From Vitrella brassicaformis CCMP3155 (lineage: Eukaryota; Protista; Chromerida): a stretch of DNA of 64,000 nt. The translations under genes and the position numbers were made by a program. This document shows, piece after piece, positions 36,113 through 49,300 of the stretch. The notes under the pieces are model-generated. The model was not told the DNA's origin. It did not search any database and worked only from the letters and a program-made list of their open reading frames with translations. How positions within the stretch are numbered: the first letter of the stretch is position 1; the number at the start of each line of letters is the position of its first letter. Location: the NCBI GenBank assembly GCA_001179505.1, contig CDMY01000494.1, positions 1-64,000 of the forward strand, read 5' to 3'.

Positions 36113-39100
36113 ATGCCCATGATGATTTCCTTCTCTTGGCTCCCTCTTGCACTCCTCCTGTACCACTGTGAGGCTCACAGATGGGAAGGGGGCAGGTGCA
36201 TCACCCCTGTTGGCTCCTGCTGCACCTGTTCTGTTCAGGCCGGCGTGCATGGACCTCCGAAGCCACCCCGGGCCGCTCTCTGGGGAAACAGTCACCTCAG
36301 GCAACGAAGAGCCTCAAAGCCACTGCAGGTGGGAAACTGCTCAGTTCCTTGTGCATTGTTCCTCACGTGCTCTGTTGCAGGCCCCATAAGTCGGGGCGCC
36401 GTTCGCCTGTTTTCTCCCCCCTCTGTGCAGCACCCGATGAGCACACTCAGCGTTCCTTCTCGACGGAGAAGTTTCACGAGCAGAGCCGCCGACAAGAGGA
36501 CACAGCCCCTCGCCAGCGCCGTTCAGATGAGGCGACCTCCCGTGGAGAGGACGGGGGAAGGAGGCCCTAATATTGATGAGGACACAGCGGCTCTTCCGGC
36601 CAGCCTCATCGACGAAATGTCCGCCGGCCTGCGCGAGAAGGCTCTCTCCTGGCTGCAGCACAGGGAGGAGGCGTCTACGGATGTATTATCGCTGGAGCGC
36701 CGTGTTGAGCGGCTGCTCGATGAAAACCCCCTGCCGACTTTGTTGAAGGCCAGCCAGCTGATCAACGAGGGCCTGCCTTTGGATAGTGCCAAGCGCATGT
36801 CGTGTGGGCAATGCACCAAGACATATGACGACTGGTACGAGGTTCTCTACGGGCGGCATCCATCTGACGTACCAGCAACGGAGGATGAGCAAGCGCCGGT
36901 CGGCGCCGATCATAAAGAGACACAGAGTTCTGTCCAGGAGGGTGAGAGGGATGACGCAGAGGACGTCGAGAGGGCCGTGGACGCCCTGCTCGAGAGCGGC
37001 GATGTCTCCGACACGGTGCCGTCTTTCTTCTTCTGCATGTCGTGTCTCCTCGACGGCACAGAGGTCCGGAACGCGACCGACAAACGCGAACCAGCTGCCA
37101 CCGCTGGAGCTTTCACACAGAACGCCACTGCATCTGCCGACAACAAAAATGGGACGGCGACAAAGGAGGAAGCCGCGGGCACGACTCACAGCGATAATGA
37201 CATTGAGGGAGAGGGAGATGTGGTGATCGAGGTGCTCACGATGCCTGGCGTGCCCGAGAAGGGACCCGTGAGCATGATGCGCATCAATGGGACTGAACAG
37301 CAGTTGGGCAAAGACGACACAAACAAGGAGGAGAAGGAAGTTGACAGCAAGGCAGAGAGGGCTGACGCGATGGCCGTGATGGCATCCCTCGACCGCATCC
37401 TCGCGAGAAGATGCCCGTGCGGCGATGACGACGATGACAAGAAGCAGGGCGGCAAGCCCAAGGGCCAGAAACACGCTGCAGCCTTCATCCAGACCACGAT
37501 CAAGGTCAGGAGGCATGCGATGCGCAAGCACCACCGGCAGCACAAGAAGCGACCGACCCATCGCAGCAAACCGGCGCCCTCGCCTATGCCGTCTCTGCTG
37601 AGGATGGAGGAGAGACATGAAGACACCGCAGACTCGCAGCTGCAGCTCTTCTGCGACCTCTACTGCCAGACCATCAAGCGAAGAAAACAGCAGCAGCAGC
37701 AGCCTCCCCCTCCTCCGTCTTTCCTGGAGCTGGACAGCCATCGAACCGCCGTGAACCTCTCCCTCACCCGCCCCACGCCGTACCTCGTACCCACATACCC
37801 CCGGCCATACATCGCCACCGCCTCCCTCCAGATGGTGCCTCTTGGCGGCCAGCCCGTCTCTGCCTTCCACCAGCAGGGCATCGATGCGTCTCCTTACCTG
37901 CTGTCTCCGTTGCGCAAGCCCAAGCCGGTCGAGATCAAGAAGGAGGACGTCGAGCGGACGAAGCCGAGTGACGTCAAGGAGGAGGCAGAGGAGGCGGACC
38001 CCCTCAAGAATGATGAGGGCAACAGCAAGAAGCTTGCAGAGGTGCATGTTATGGCCGAGAAGGCGCTCAATGAGGCTGACACAGCTGTTACCAAGATGAA
38101 GAAGGACATCGGACAGCTCAGTGCTGACAAACAGGCAAGCAAGGATGCAGTGCAGTAGTTGGCTGGCGATGGTGGCTGCCATCGTGTATATGGCTCGATG
38201 TGGCAATGCAGCGTGAGATCCACACCAACTTCAAGTTGGTGTTCGACGTCAAACAGATCGCCCTCCTGGAGAGGCAGAGACGCAAGAAGATACTCGCGGC
38301 AGAGGCACACCTACAACGAGTGGGCGACGGTGCCAAGGACCCAAACACGCCACTTGTGTGCGCGCGCGTGCGTGTGTGTCAGCTGGTGGACCTGGTTGAC
38401 GTCTTGAAGCAGGCATATCTCCGGGCGAGCAAGAAGTTCTGCAGAGACAGACGTCAGACACACACCAGACCGTCCATCCAATATGTTCACACATAATGCT
38501 TGCTCTTTCCCTCGCTTCAGCTCGCGTGTTGAGTGAGGAGGGTGCCTTGCCTGTGAAGCGACCAACAGCCACAGTACGAGAGACACAACACACATGAGGA
38601 CGAAGGACACCACACCCACATGCATATGCATGTCTTTTCCTCACTTGTGTGTGTGTGTGTGTGTGTGTGCGCTGCGCTGCTGTGTGTCCAACCAGTGCGT
38701 CAAGAACCCCAAGGTGCCCGGCATCATCGCCATCAAGGTGAGCAGTAGAGATAAAGATGGACAGACAGAGACAGGGCATACGAGTCACTTCACGCAGGGT
38801 GAGAATCTGCACCGGTGTCTCGGCCTGGAGCTCGTCAGCACATCAGGCGAATGCGGATAGCCGAACCTGCCTGAAGGAACAAACACACAATTGTATACCT
38901 ACCGTGTCGTGAATGCTGCCCACTATCTATCTCGCCTGCAGAGTTGACAAGGTCCAATCCATGTTGGAGAAAAACCAGAGCATCACATTCGGTCGGTGGA
39001 TCCAACACAAGCACATCCGCTCACCCAGGCATACTGACTGACCCGTGTTCGGTGCGGTGGGCGTGTGTTCAGGTCAGAAGAAGTATCCTCGTCTGGACAA

Positions 39101-39272
39101 CAATCATGCCATCTTCGACGACATCGAGGTCAGGGACCTACGACCGAGAAACGTGCATACCCTCTGTATGTGCACGCGTGTCTCTCTCTCTCTGTTTCCT
39201 TCACAGGTGCGCCAGACGGGCGAGTACATCCTCTGTCTGCTCCAATACCGAAAGAAGGAGAACCTGCCTTAA
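36113..39272 (+). CDS. Probable secreted multi-exon protein (signal peptide, acidic region, coiled coil); 3' exons uncertain
   Basis: MPMMISFSWLPLALLLYHCEA resembles a signal peptide. A long open exon (~36380-38140) has CGQC/CMSC and AFIQ/SFLEL motifs. Downstream exons splice to ...YILCLLQYRKKENLP* at 39270-39272. Possible in-frame TAG at 38858-38860. Confidence 0.45.
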
Positions 39273-39910
39273 GCAGGGGCGGCCTTAACCCAGGTGCTGG
39301 AGGGACCGCAAAAGGCATCCGCCGCCACCTTCTCGGTCATGTCGGTCGAACCCGTCGGCACAGTCGTTGTCGCAAAACGTGAGAGAGCGGATGAGAGACA
39401 CCGGCGGCTTGGCTTCCTTTCTTGATCGTCGCTCTCTCGTCTGTGTGCGCGTGTGTGTGCAGCACTGGGCTCGAGTGCTTTCAGTGTGTTTGGGAGGGGT
39501 GGAGGCATGTTCATGGTCGTGTCGATTGTGGCGGTCGTCCCCCACTTATTGGGGTTTGTTTGAGTCGAGTCGTCGCGGCGGCCATGCCATGTGGCTGTGT
39601 GGCCCGGTGCGATGTCATGTAGAGGACGTGTGGATGGATAAGCACTTGCCCATGCTCACAAGGACCTCTACCATAGGCCGTCGGAACATGTGTCAAGCCA
39701 TTGCATTGTAAACGCATCGCGTCCGTCCTATCGACGTAGAGCCCACCCACAAGCCAGCTATGTATGTCTATGTCTCTTCATCAAGTGCCGCCCTCCTCAG
39801 TCTCCTGCCGCCCCGTCTCTTCCAAAATGCCAATCTCTGCAGCAGCGACACCTGCAGGACAGAAACATGTACATGGCTCATCCACGTGTCGATCTCGCTC
39901 ACTTCTTACC

Positions 39911-41315
39911 TTATAGAGAGCCGGTGGGATGTCCTGCAAACTTCGCTGCACATGCCTGTACTCCTGACACAGCTGTGTCCATGACCAGATGGACGAACAA
40001 CAGTGAGAGTGCCTCCATGGCGGGGGGGGGGGGGGGGGGGGGNNNNNNNNNNNNNNNNNNNNNNNNNNNNNNNNNNNNNNNNNNNNNNNNNNNNNNNNNN
40101 NNNNNNNNNNNNNNNNNNNNNNNNNNNNNNNNNNNNNNNNNNNNNNNNNNNNNNNNNNNNNNNNNNNNNNNNNNNNNNNNNNNNNNNNNNNNNNNNNNNN
40201 NNNNNNNNNNNNNNNNNNNNNNNNNNNNNNNNNNNNNNNNNNNNNNNNNNNNNNNNNNNNNNNNNNNNNNNNNNNNNNNNNNNNNNNNNNNNNNNNNNNN
40301 NNNNNNNNNNNNNNNNNNNNNNNNNNNNNNNNNNNNNNNNNNGGGGAAGGAATTGTCTCCCTGACTTACCGCGCACGGCCAACAGCAGCACACGATGCCC
40401 AGATCGTATGCATGATCGATGGCGGGTATCCGAAAGACATAGCGGATTTTGCCGCGCAGCCACGCACAGATGAGACACAGGATGATCAGGTGCAGGAGTA
40501 TCAACCCCTGGTACAACAATATGACCAGCGAGAGATCGCTGTCGCTGGCCAATTCATCCATCTCGGTGGAGGCGCATTCCTTGTGCAGCCGCTTCATCGA
40601 CTCATCAAACAATGTCCTCTCCGTCTGCAGCACACACCCACACCGAGAAAGAAACATGGGCACTCACTCATTGAGGCGGATGGGCCCGTCCGTCGAGTCG
40701 ACTGACCTGATTGGCTCTGTATCTCTGAGCATATACCCAGGCGGATGGCCAGTCCATCAGCCCCTCGTAGACACCAGACACCCTCTCGCCCAGCAGCTGG
40801 CTGTGCCACACCACAGACATCCTCGATGGGCACCCGGCAAGGATGGAATACGTGTGCTCGAAATGACGCTGCCCACACGCGTAGAACAGATACGTGTACC
40901 CACAGGACACGAGAAGCGAGAAGAGGGGGACCACCAGAACGGCACAGCAGTGGAGAGTTCTGGCCTTGTGGTGGGTGATGCCGGCGAGGCACCAGGGGCA
41001 GCAGCAGTGACACCCCACAAGGCACGACAACGCATCCAAATCGCAGCTGCATGCAGTACAGGCAACACCAAACAGTTTCAACACCGTGTGACACACGATG
41101 ATCCTGCAGCTGTTTCTGCAGGCACTGGTGTGGCATTCTTACTCGAAGAGGCCGTCCCCCCATTGGCCCTCCCACCCTTCAACATCCACCAGGTGCTGCT
41201 GTTCCTCGCCTGCTTCAGAGCCTCCCGTTCCGCTTTGTGTCTGTCGTGGCGGCGGTGGGGAGCCGATCAAACTCCAGCGATGCAGCGGCAACGAGAAATT
41301 GGACGTGTCATTCAT
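39911..41315 (-). CDS. PLAC8 family cysteine-rich membrane protein
   Basis: Spliced WGDGLFD|CDLDALSCLVGCHCCCPWC, hydrophobic helices, then LRGKIRYVFRIP...CCCWPCAVSQ|MEA. One intron spans the 40043-40342 gap. Confidence 0.85.
40043..40342. other. Assembly gap (300 N) flanked by poly-G
   Basis: Run of N preceded by ~21 G. Confidence 0.99.
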
Positions 41316-41417
41316 CAGAAAGAGCCGCGTATTGGATTCATCCGCGCAGAAAGAAAGACGCCCCCAAGCAGCCCCCAAGGCTCATAAGCTCGCTCAAAAG
41401 AGCTGGGAGGACAAGGG

Positions 41418-42373
41418 ATGAGTGTAGGTTGGGCAGTGGCGTCAGGCATCATCACGCAGCGATTCCTTGCCCTGCAAGACAAGGTAAGTGGGGGAGGAAT
41501 CATGATCGGAAAACGGAGAAGAGATCTTTGAGGTGGTGTCCTCTCTGTCCGTTCCCTTCAGTGTATGCTCGATGCTGAGTTCCAGGACCTAGTGAACGAC
41601 CTGCAGGTCAGCATCGCACACGCCCCAGTCGCTATTTCACATTCCGTGAGCTTCTGGTCGCAGGAGAATTTCGATGTGGAGGGTGACTCAGTAGCGGATG
41701 TGGTCAAAGAGATCAATGACCGTCTGACCCCTCTGGGACTCAGGCTAGACGTACGCTGCACTCATGCACACACACACGCACAGAGAGAAAGAGAGAGAGA
41801 GAGGTGCATGGCCCTTGAGGCATGTGGTACAGTACGGTGTGTTGTGTGCTATTCCATCCATCCATCCATGCATTAGCACGTGCGTCTCGACTCGGGTGAC
41901 GTGATATGGGGCCTGAAGCTCACCAGCAAGGAGGACGGCCAGAAGATGAGGCAGGCCGCACTACTCGACCACGCGCAGCTGGAGGTCGGCAAACCAGGCA
42001 ACAGAATGCTCACCGTCGAAGATGTCAAGTTTTACAAGGGTAGGGCATTAGAAATGGGAGGGAGGGAGGGAGGGAGGGAGGGAGGGAGGGGGGAGCGGCC
42101 CATCGCATGCCATCCACCCACTTGAATGATTCATTCATGTCATGTAGGTGTATGTGACCGGTTTGTGAAGGACCGCAGCGCGTTGGACGACAAGGCGCTC
42201 GAGGAGGTGGCCGAGAGTGTGTTGGGTGCAGGGGACGCCAGGAAGTACACGAAGAAGGAGCACGTGTGCTGTGGCCACACCTACTCTGACATGGACTTCG
42301 CTCGTGAGTGGGGTGCTGGGAGGGCGGCCCTGCACTTGTGTGATGTGTGGTCGATGCACACATAATCGACTCT

Positions 42374-42405
<32 letters not shown>

Positions 42406-42921
42406 ATGATGCAGTGGACACGTTGAAGAAGAACGGCTGGCTCGTGTACGTGACGTGAAGAAGAGCTGTGTCCGACAGACAGACAGACAGACAGAAAATC
42501 GGAATCCTGTGTCCATCCATCCTTTCATCCGTGTGTGAATGCAGCCCTGCTGACCTCGACGCTTCCGGGCGCTTTGATCACTTCCTGCCCGGCCCACGCA
42601 CATACCTGGTAGTCACATAGGCCCAGCTAGCTGCATTTGGCAGACATGATGCCAACCACGCACCTGTGTGCCTTTGTGTTGTGTGTGCAGGAGATCTTCA
42701 GTGACGACGACAGCGTGTCGGATTGCCCTCTGTGCGAGCAGAAGACCGTGATAGGGGGCGAGAGCTGCCCCAACGGGCAGTGCCCCCAGTGGTTCCACAC
42801 ACAGTGCATTCAGGAGTATTTCCAGCAGTACCCCGATCGCAGTTGCCCAAGCTGCCGTGTGAAGTGGCCCGAGGAGGGGGGCGGCCGTCATGGTGACGAC
42901 GACGACATGATGGGATCATGA
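41418..42921 (+). CDS. NSE1: SMC5/6 complex subunit NSE1 (winged-helix region + RING-like finger)
   Basis: IITQRFLALQDK|CMLD..., VVKEINDRLTPLGL, TLKKNGWL and LPGPRTYL|E. C-terminal CPLC...CPNGQC..WFHTQCIQEYF...CPSCRVKW is the NSE1-type RING; TGA at 42919-42921. Confidence 0.85.
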
Positions 42922-43386
42922 CAATGATGGATGACGACAGAAATGTGAATAGAGCGGGTGTTCGGTGTGTGTACAGAGCGGGTGGTGTGGTGTGATGTCA
43001 TGCGTTTCTATGAGGTGTTCTGTGCGTGACGATGCTACTTTATGCACTTCATCCATCCATTCATCCATCAGTGTCTGTGTCCACCCCACCTGTCCATGCA
43101 CATGGATGTAATTCTAAGCTACCACAAGCATATGCAGTATGTGCACCCCGCGCCCTCCCGGCCGAAAAAGGCTCTCTGTCGGCAGGCCAGCCATCAGGTT
43201 TCTGCAATAGCTACGTCTCAGAGAGAGGTACAGAGACAGATAGAGAGGGTCCGAAAAATTTGAAGATCTGCAGCAGCCCAACGTAGCTATGCATGTTGAG
43301 CCCTCTCCGAGTCGTAGGCAGGCTACAGCTACCCCTGGCTGATTCGTCTGTACCTGTCTGTCTGTCTGTCTGTCTCATTCAGTCAG

Positions 43387-46300
43387 TCAGAAGGCAATCC
43401 GGGACTCGTCGATGTCCACCCGCACCACATAGCGCATCCTGATCTGATTCTGGGGAGGGACCAACACACAACACAACCAAGACACGCACATCCACATGTC
43501 TGTCTACCTCTGTGTGTGGTGTGTGACCGCTTAGCTTACGGTGTTGTATACGATGAACTCGTTGTAGAGGAGGTCCGATTGGGGCTGCAAGCCGGCCGCA
43601 GCAGCAGCAGCGGCGCCCATGTTTTGATGGCCATAGGTTCTCGCATGGGGGTCGTTCCACGCCTGCAGAGGGGCCACACACATGCCGACATCGATCGCAT
43701 CAGACGTGTGTGGGGTGGGGAGGGGTGTGTGTGTGACCTCTTGGATGTTCTTGGTGTTGGGTGTCTGTTTGCCGTAGGGGACGTGTATCTCCCCATCGAG
43801 TGTGGTGTAGTCGTTAGGGTCGGGGTGGCAGCCGCCGATGCCCCACGTCGAGTGACACCCTGTCAGACACACAACACACGTCACACACATGATAGAGTGG
43901 ATGGACGGCCGGCAGGCTTTGGCGTATTTTGTTTGTGTGGGACGCACCTCGTGATTTGCAGGCCGTGGCGGCCGCGGGGTCGGACTGCAGACGCTTGTAG
44001 TGGTCGCCACACGCCACTTCACACTGCACCATATGTGGGTGACATGAGAAGCCCACTCACTCTGTGTGCCATTCATTGGTGTGCGTGTGTGTGCCTCTAG
44101 ATAGATGTACCAGGACCAGCACGGCTTTCCCGCCAGCCTGGCTCGCCCAGCAGTAGTTGGAACTCTTGGTCACCTGCACACACATACACATACACACACG
44201 CAGAGAGAAAGAGAGAAAGCGGCGAGTGTGTGGAAGCCTGTGTATGTGTTTGGTTCGTGTGTGTGCGTGTGTGTGGCTGTCTGTCTGTCTGTCTGACCAT
44301 GTCGGCGAAGTAGACGCCCTTGTCAAACATATAACCACTGACACACACCACCAGATGGAGTCAGCTGCAGCGCAGCGACGGGTGGGTGTTGGTTCTATCT
44401 ACGTCTCTCTCAAGTAATTTACGCGTGGGGTGCCTCTGGCGGTGCGATCCTCAGGCCCTGGCTCAAGATGCCCACCCAGTTGGTCTGCAATGACAGTCAC
44501 GACTGACTGCAGACAGAGCTGTGTCTGTCGCTTGGTGGGTGTCTGTCAGCGGCTGGCTGGCTGGGCTGGCTGACCAGTCGTGACCCGTGCCAGAGGAGCT
44601 TCTTGCAGTGGAGGCTCTTCCGGTACTTGCGGGTCTCAATCTCACGCTCAGCCCTGTGCCACACACACACACACACCAGACACACTGACTCATGTGACGT
44701 CATGCTGTGTGGGTGGCCATTGGTGCGGTTTGCAAGCTTACGCGAACACGTCGACAACGGTGACTTTGCTGTAGTGGGTCCCGCCGTGGGTGTCGTTGAC
44801 GTACTTCTCGACCATCTGCAGATGGAGGGAGGGAGGGAGGGACAGACAGACAGACACCAACACACACACATCCGTCCATCGTCTGATGGGTGGGTGGTTT
44901 GATGTGCGGCTGCCAGTACTGCGTGCCTTGCTTGCCTTGTATTGCTCGTCGTCCTTCTCCAAAGGTGTGAGGTCTATGTTGAGCTTCTCGTACTGAAGCA
45001 CCACGGGGTCCACCTCCTTCCTCTGAGCCACCAGACCAGACACACACATGGATGGATGGACGGATGGCTGTATGGCACTGCAGCCAGGGGTTGTTCTGTT
45101 TAGAGACCTTCTTCTCCTTCTCCGCTTTGTCCAACAGCTCGTTCGCTACGCCATACTGATCACACACACAGACGCACACACACAGAGGCATCGCATCCAC
45201 GTGTGTGTGTTGCCCTGCGCGGCGCGCATCCACCTCGTAGAGCGACTCCATGAGTTCGATCTTGTCCTTGAGTGCATTGGCCGTGTCGATGACCGGGGGC
45301 GTCTCCTTGACCTTGAACTGATGTGGTATCACCTACACACACACACACACAGAGAGAGAGAGGGAGAGAAAGAGAGAGAGAGAGACTGCCCTTCTGCTCC
45401 ATATATGTGTGTGTGTCTGTCTGGAAAGGTGGATACATACGGTGTAGAATTGGTTGCTCATGTCCTTCAGCCTGGCCCTGAGATGACCGAATGAACCAGG
45501 CGGACGATGCGTGTGTGTGCGACGACAGTCTGTCTGTCTGTCTGTCTGTGTGGGGTGAGTGTGAGTTACTACTGACTGGAATCGCAAGTTGGTGATGTCC
45601 TGCCCGGTGTCCTTGGCCTCCTTGAGCAGGCCGTCGATCTGGTTCAAAATCTTGTAACCCGAGTTGAGCGTGCGCTTCGACAAGCCACCTACACACAGCA
45701 CACACACACACACATACACAATACCGGTACCGGTATATGTGTGTGTGTGGTGTCTGCGCACCGAGGGGCATTTTGTTGACGTCAATGCGGCTCTCCTCCA
45801 GCACGTGGCGCATCATGTCACCTGCACACAAGCCACCCCCCGCCCCCCCACACAGACACAGACACACAGACACATTCACACACACACAGACGGTAGATGC
45901 TGCATAGCCCCTCCCTGCCCCTGCCTTTTACGGTCGCAGATCATTTCGATGAAGTCGCGCAGCCGGGGGTGCAGCTCAACCACCACCTCCTCATCCTCAC
46001 CTGCACCCTTCTCGCCCTCAGCACCAGCAGGGTCCGCCCTGCACACACACACCACACACCACACACACCCACACAACGAAGACACAGATGGCACAGATGG
46101 ATGGTGCGGCTGAGTGTCCGTCTGTCGGTCTCTCGATCTTACAGAGCCAGAGATGACGCGGCGGCAGCTGCAGCAGCGGCAGCAGGTGCTGCTGCCTCCC
46201 CCTGCCCCTCCATGTCCTCGTCGTCTGCCTCTTGGGCCTTGAGCTTCTTCCTGAGCGGTGTGGGCATGTGCTCGTCCTCATCCTCGTACTCATGACCCTC

Positions 46301-49300
46301 CAACTCCAACACACGGTACCTAGCACCACCACACCACACACCACACACACACCAGACACACAACACATAATGGGTAGGAGGACGGGGGTAGTGGATTTCT
46401 TTACTTGTCAGGTTTTTGCTGCGCGTCGAATCTGTCGACCCAGTCGATGCCCGTGCGCTCCTTGAACTTCTCCTCGTAGTCCTTCTTGGCCATCGCCAGA
46501 TTGCCGCCGTAGGTCTCTATCCTGCACACCATGTGTGGACAGACACACACACACACACACACATGTACTATGTATGTGTTTCGGCGTTTGTGGGAGGGTC
46601 AAGTCAGTGCCTAAGCAGTGACTTACATCTCCCCCGCATTGCCAGGTCTGTCGCTCATCCAGTACTTGGCTCGGTGCTGGAAACCGCCGCCTCCCTCGTC
46701 GCCCGTGCGGCCCCACTTCTTGAACACCTGCACACACACACACACACACGCACACACACACAGGTGGTTGGTCGATGTGCGTGTGGCTGGGGGGGGGGGG
46801 GGGGGGGNNNNNNNNNNNNNNNNNNNNNNNNNNNNNNNNNNNNNNNNNNNNNNNNNNNNNNNNNNNNNNNNNNNNNNNNNNNNNNNNNNNNNNNNNNNNN
46901 NNNNNNNNNNNNNNNNNNNNNNNNNNNNNNNNNNNNNNNNNNNNNNNNNNNNNNNNNNNNNNNNNNNNNNNNNNNNNNNNNNNNNNNNNNNNNNNNNNNN
47001 NNNNNNNNNNNNNNNNNNNNNNNNNNNNNNNNNNNNNNNNNNNNNNNNNNNNNNNNNNNNNNNNNNNNNNNNNNNNNNNNNNNNNNNNNNNNNNNNNNNN
47101 NNNNNNNGCACCCACACACACACCCGGTATGAGAAGCCCTGTTTGTCTCTCTGTGCGCCGCCGCCCGATCTCGGCTTGGTCTCGTACTCCTCGATGCCGC
47201 CCTTGCCGACGAGGAGCTGCATGATGTAGAACTTGTTGATGGAGGTGTCCATCTCGACCTTGGTCAGCGTCACGTTGTAGGCGTTGTTGTCCTCATCGAC
47301 GTACACCTTGTTCCACCGCTTCATGCCGTCGTGCTTCACCTGCACACAACACACATGTGAGATGTGGGGGGTGTTGGGGCTTTGGTTCTCTCTCACCTTG
47401 AGAAGTTCTGAGTTGGGTTTGATGGGGGGTCGTTTGCGCTTGGCCTGGCGGGCGGCCTCCTGCTTGGCCTCCTCCTCCTTCGCACGCTCCTCGTCAGCCA
47501 ACAAATCCTACAGTGGGGGGAAGGAACAGACATACAGACACACAGATACAAGCAGTCCTCTCCCTCTCCCTCTCCCTCTCCACCTCCACCTCCACCTCTC
47601 TCTCTCTCTCTGCGTGTGTGTGTTTGGGATGAGGGGAGGGGTGTGGGTACCTTGACTCTGCCCAGTTTGTCGCCGTGTCCTCCGCCGAGCAGGTACGGCT
47701 GCAGGTATTTGCGCTGCCGCAGCAGGATGCCCTGCATCATTCACCACACCACACCACACCAAACCGAGAATGCAATGCATAGTACCATACAAGCATGGAT
47801 ACAGAGGATGCCTTCCATCCCCCGACCTACCTTGGCTTTGGGATCCTCCTCCTCCTCGTCATTGTCATCATCCTCCTCATCCTGACAGTCAGTCGGCAGC
47901 AATGAAAGATGGCATGCCGTCCCACCCTGCCCCGCCCCGCCCCTCCCACCCCGGCTCACCTCATCGTCCTCTTCCTCATCGTCCTTGGCCGCCGCCGCCG
48001 CCATCGCCTCGTCACCGTCATCGTCCTCATCCTCGGCGACGACCTTCTTGCGACCGCCACGACCACCACGGCCGCCGGCCTTGCCCTTCCGAGCAGCCTT
48101 GCGGACAGGCGCACGCCGTGCTGAGCGGTGAGAATGAGATGACAATGACACGAGAAGATGCAGGGTGTGTGTGTGTGTGTGTGGTGGTTGTGTGGCTGTG
48201 GCACCTTTGGGCTTGGCTTTGCGCTTCTTGGCGGGCGGTGCCTTGGCGCCAGGGGGGACGGGATTGCGGAGCGCCAGCGCCAACACAAAGTCAGACTGAC
48301 GGACCGACAGGCAGCCAGGAGAGAGGCAGGTACAGAGAGAGGCATACGGGCGCAAAAACGTTCNNNNNNNNNNNNNNNNNNNNNNNNNNNNNNNNNNNNN
48401 NNNNNNNNNNNNNNNNNNNNNNNNNNNNNNNNNNNNNNNNNNNNNNNNNNNNNNNNNNNNNNNNNNNNNNNNNNNNNNNNNNNNNNNNNNNNNNNNNNNN
48501 NNNNNNNNNNNNNNNNNNNNNNNNNNNNNNNNNNNNNNNNNNNNNNNNNNNNNNNNNNNNNNNNNNNNNNNNNNNNNNNNNNNNNNNNNNNNNNNNNNNN
48601 NNNNNNNNNNNNNNNNNNNNNNNNNNNNNNNNNNNNNNNNNNNNNNNNNNNNNNNNNNNNNNNGGGGGAGGGGCTAGGTGCGGGTGTGTGCCTACCACTA
48701 CGATAGGAATGTTGAGGTCCTCGGCCTCCTTCCACCGGGCCGTCTTGGACGAGGCACGGCTCGCGGCAACCAGATGGGTAACAGAGGGGCCACACGTCTT
48801 CTCCCTGCGTGTGTGTGTGTGCGGGTGGAAGCAAACACACATACACACAAATGGATGGATGGATGGATGGATGGCTGTGTGTGCTGTGGATGCTTACTCT
48901 ACTTCTCCGCCGTGCTGCTCGACCTTCTTCATGAGGTGTGGCCTCTTGGGGTTGCTGAAGCTGCCGATGAAGCTGAACCGCATCCCGATCATCTCGCTAC
49001 CCTCCGGCACCTCTGACAAATCCTACACACACACACACACACACGCACACACACAAGTGACATCCATACAAGCATCAAGCAGGTGTGGATGGGATACCTC
49101 ATCCTCAGAATCGTATACGACGGCAGCGGCAGCGGCAGCTGCCGGCTCGCCCGCCTCACCGCCGCCACGCTTCCCTCTCCTGCACACAAATGTACATGTC
49201 CTTATTTCCTGCCTCTCCTCTGTGTCTTTTGCTTCCTGACTGGCACGGCACACACACACGCGCGAACGTACCCCTTCCCTCCCCCGGCACCCCCAGCAGC

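Noticed and set aside
40022-48670. Poly-G tracts beside the three N gaps as possible G-quadruplex elements
   Set aside because: Their length is unreliable because they border fixed 300-N gaps; they are likely the cause of sequencing drop-out.
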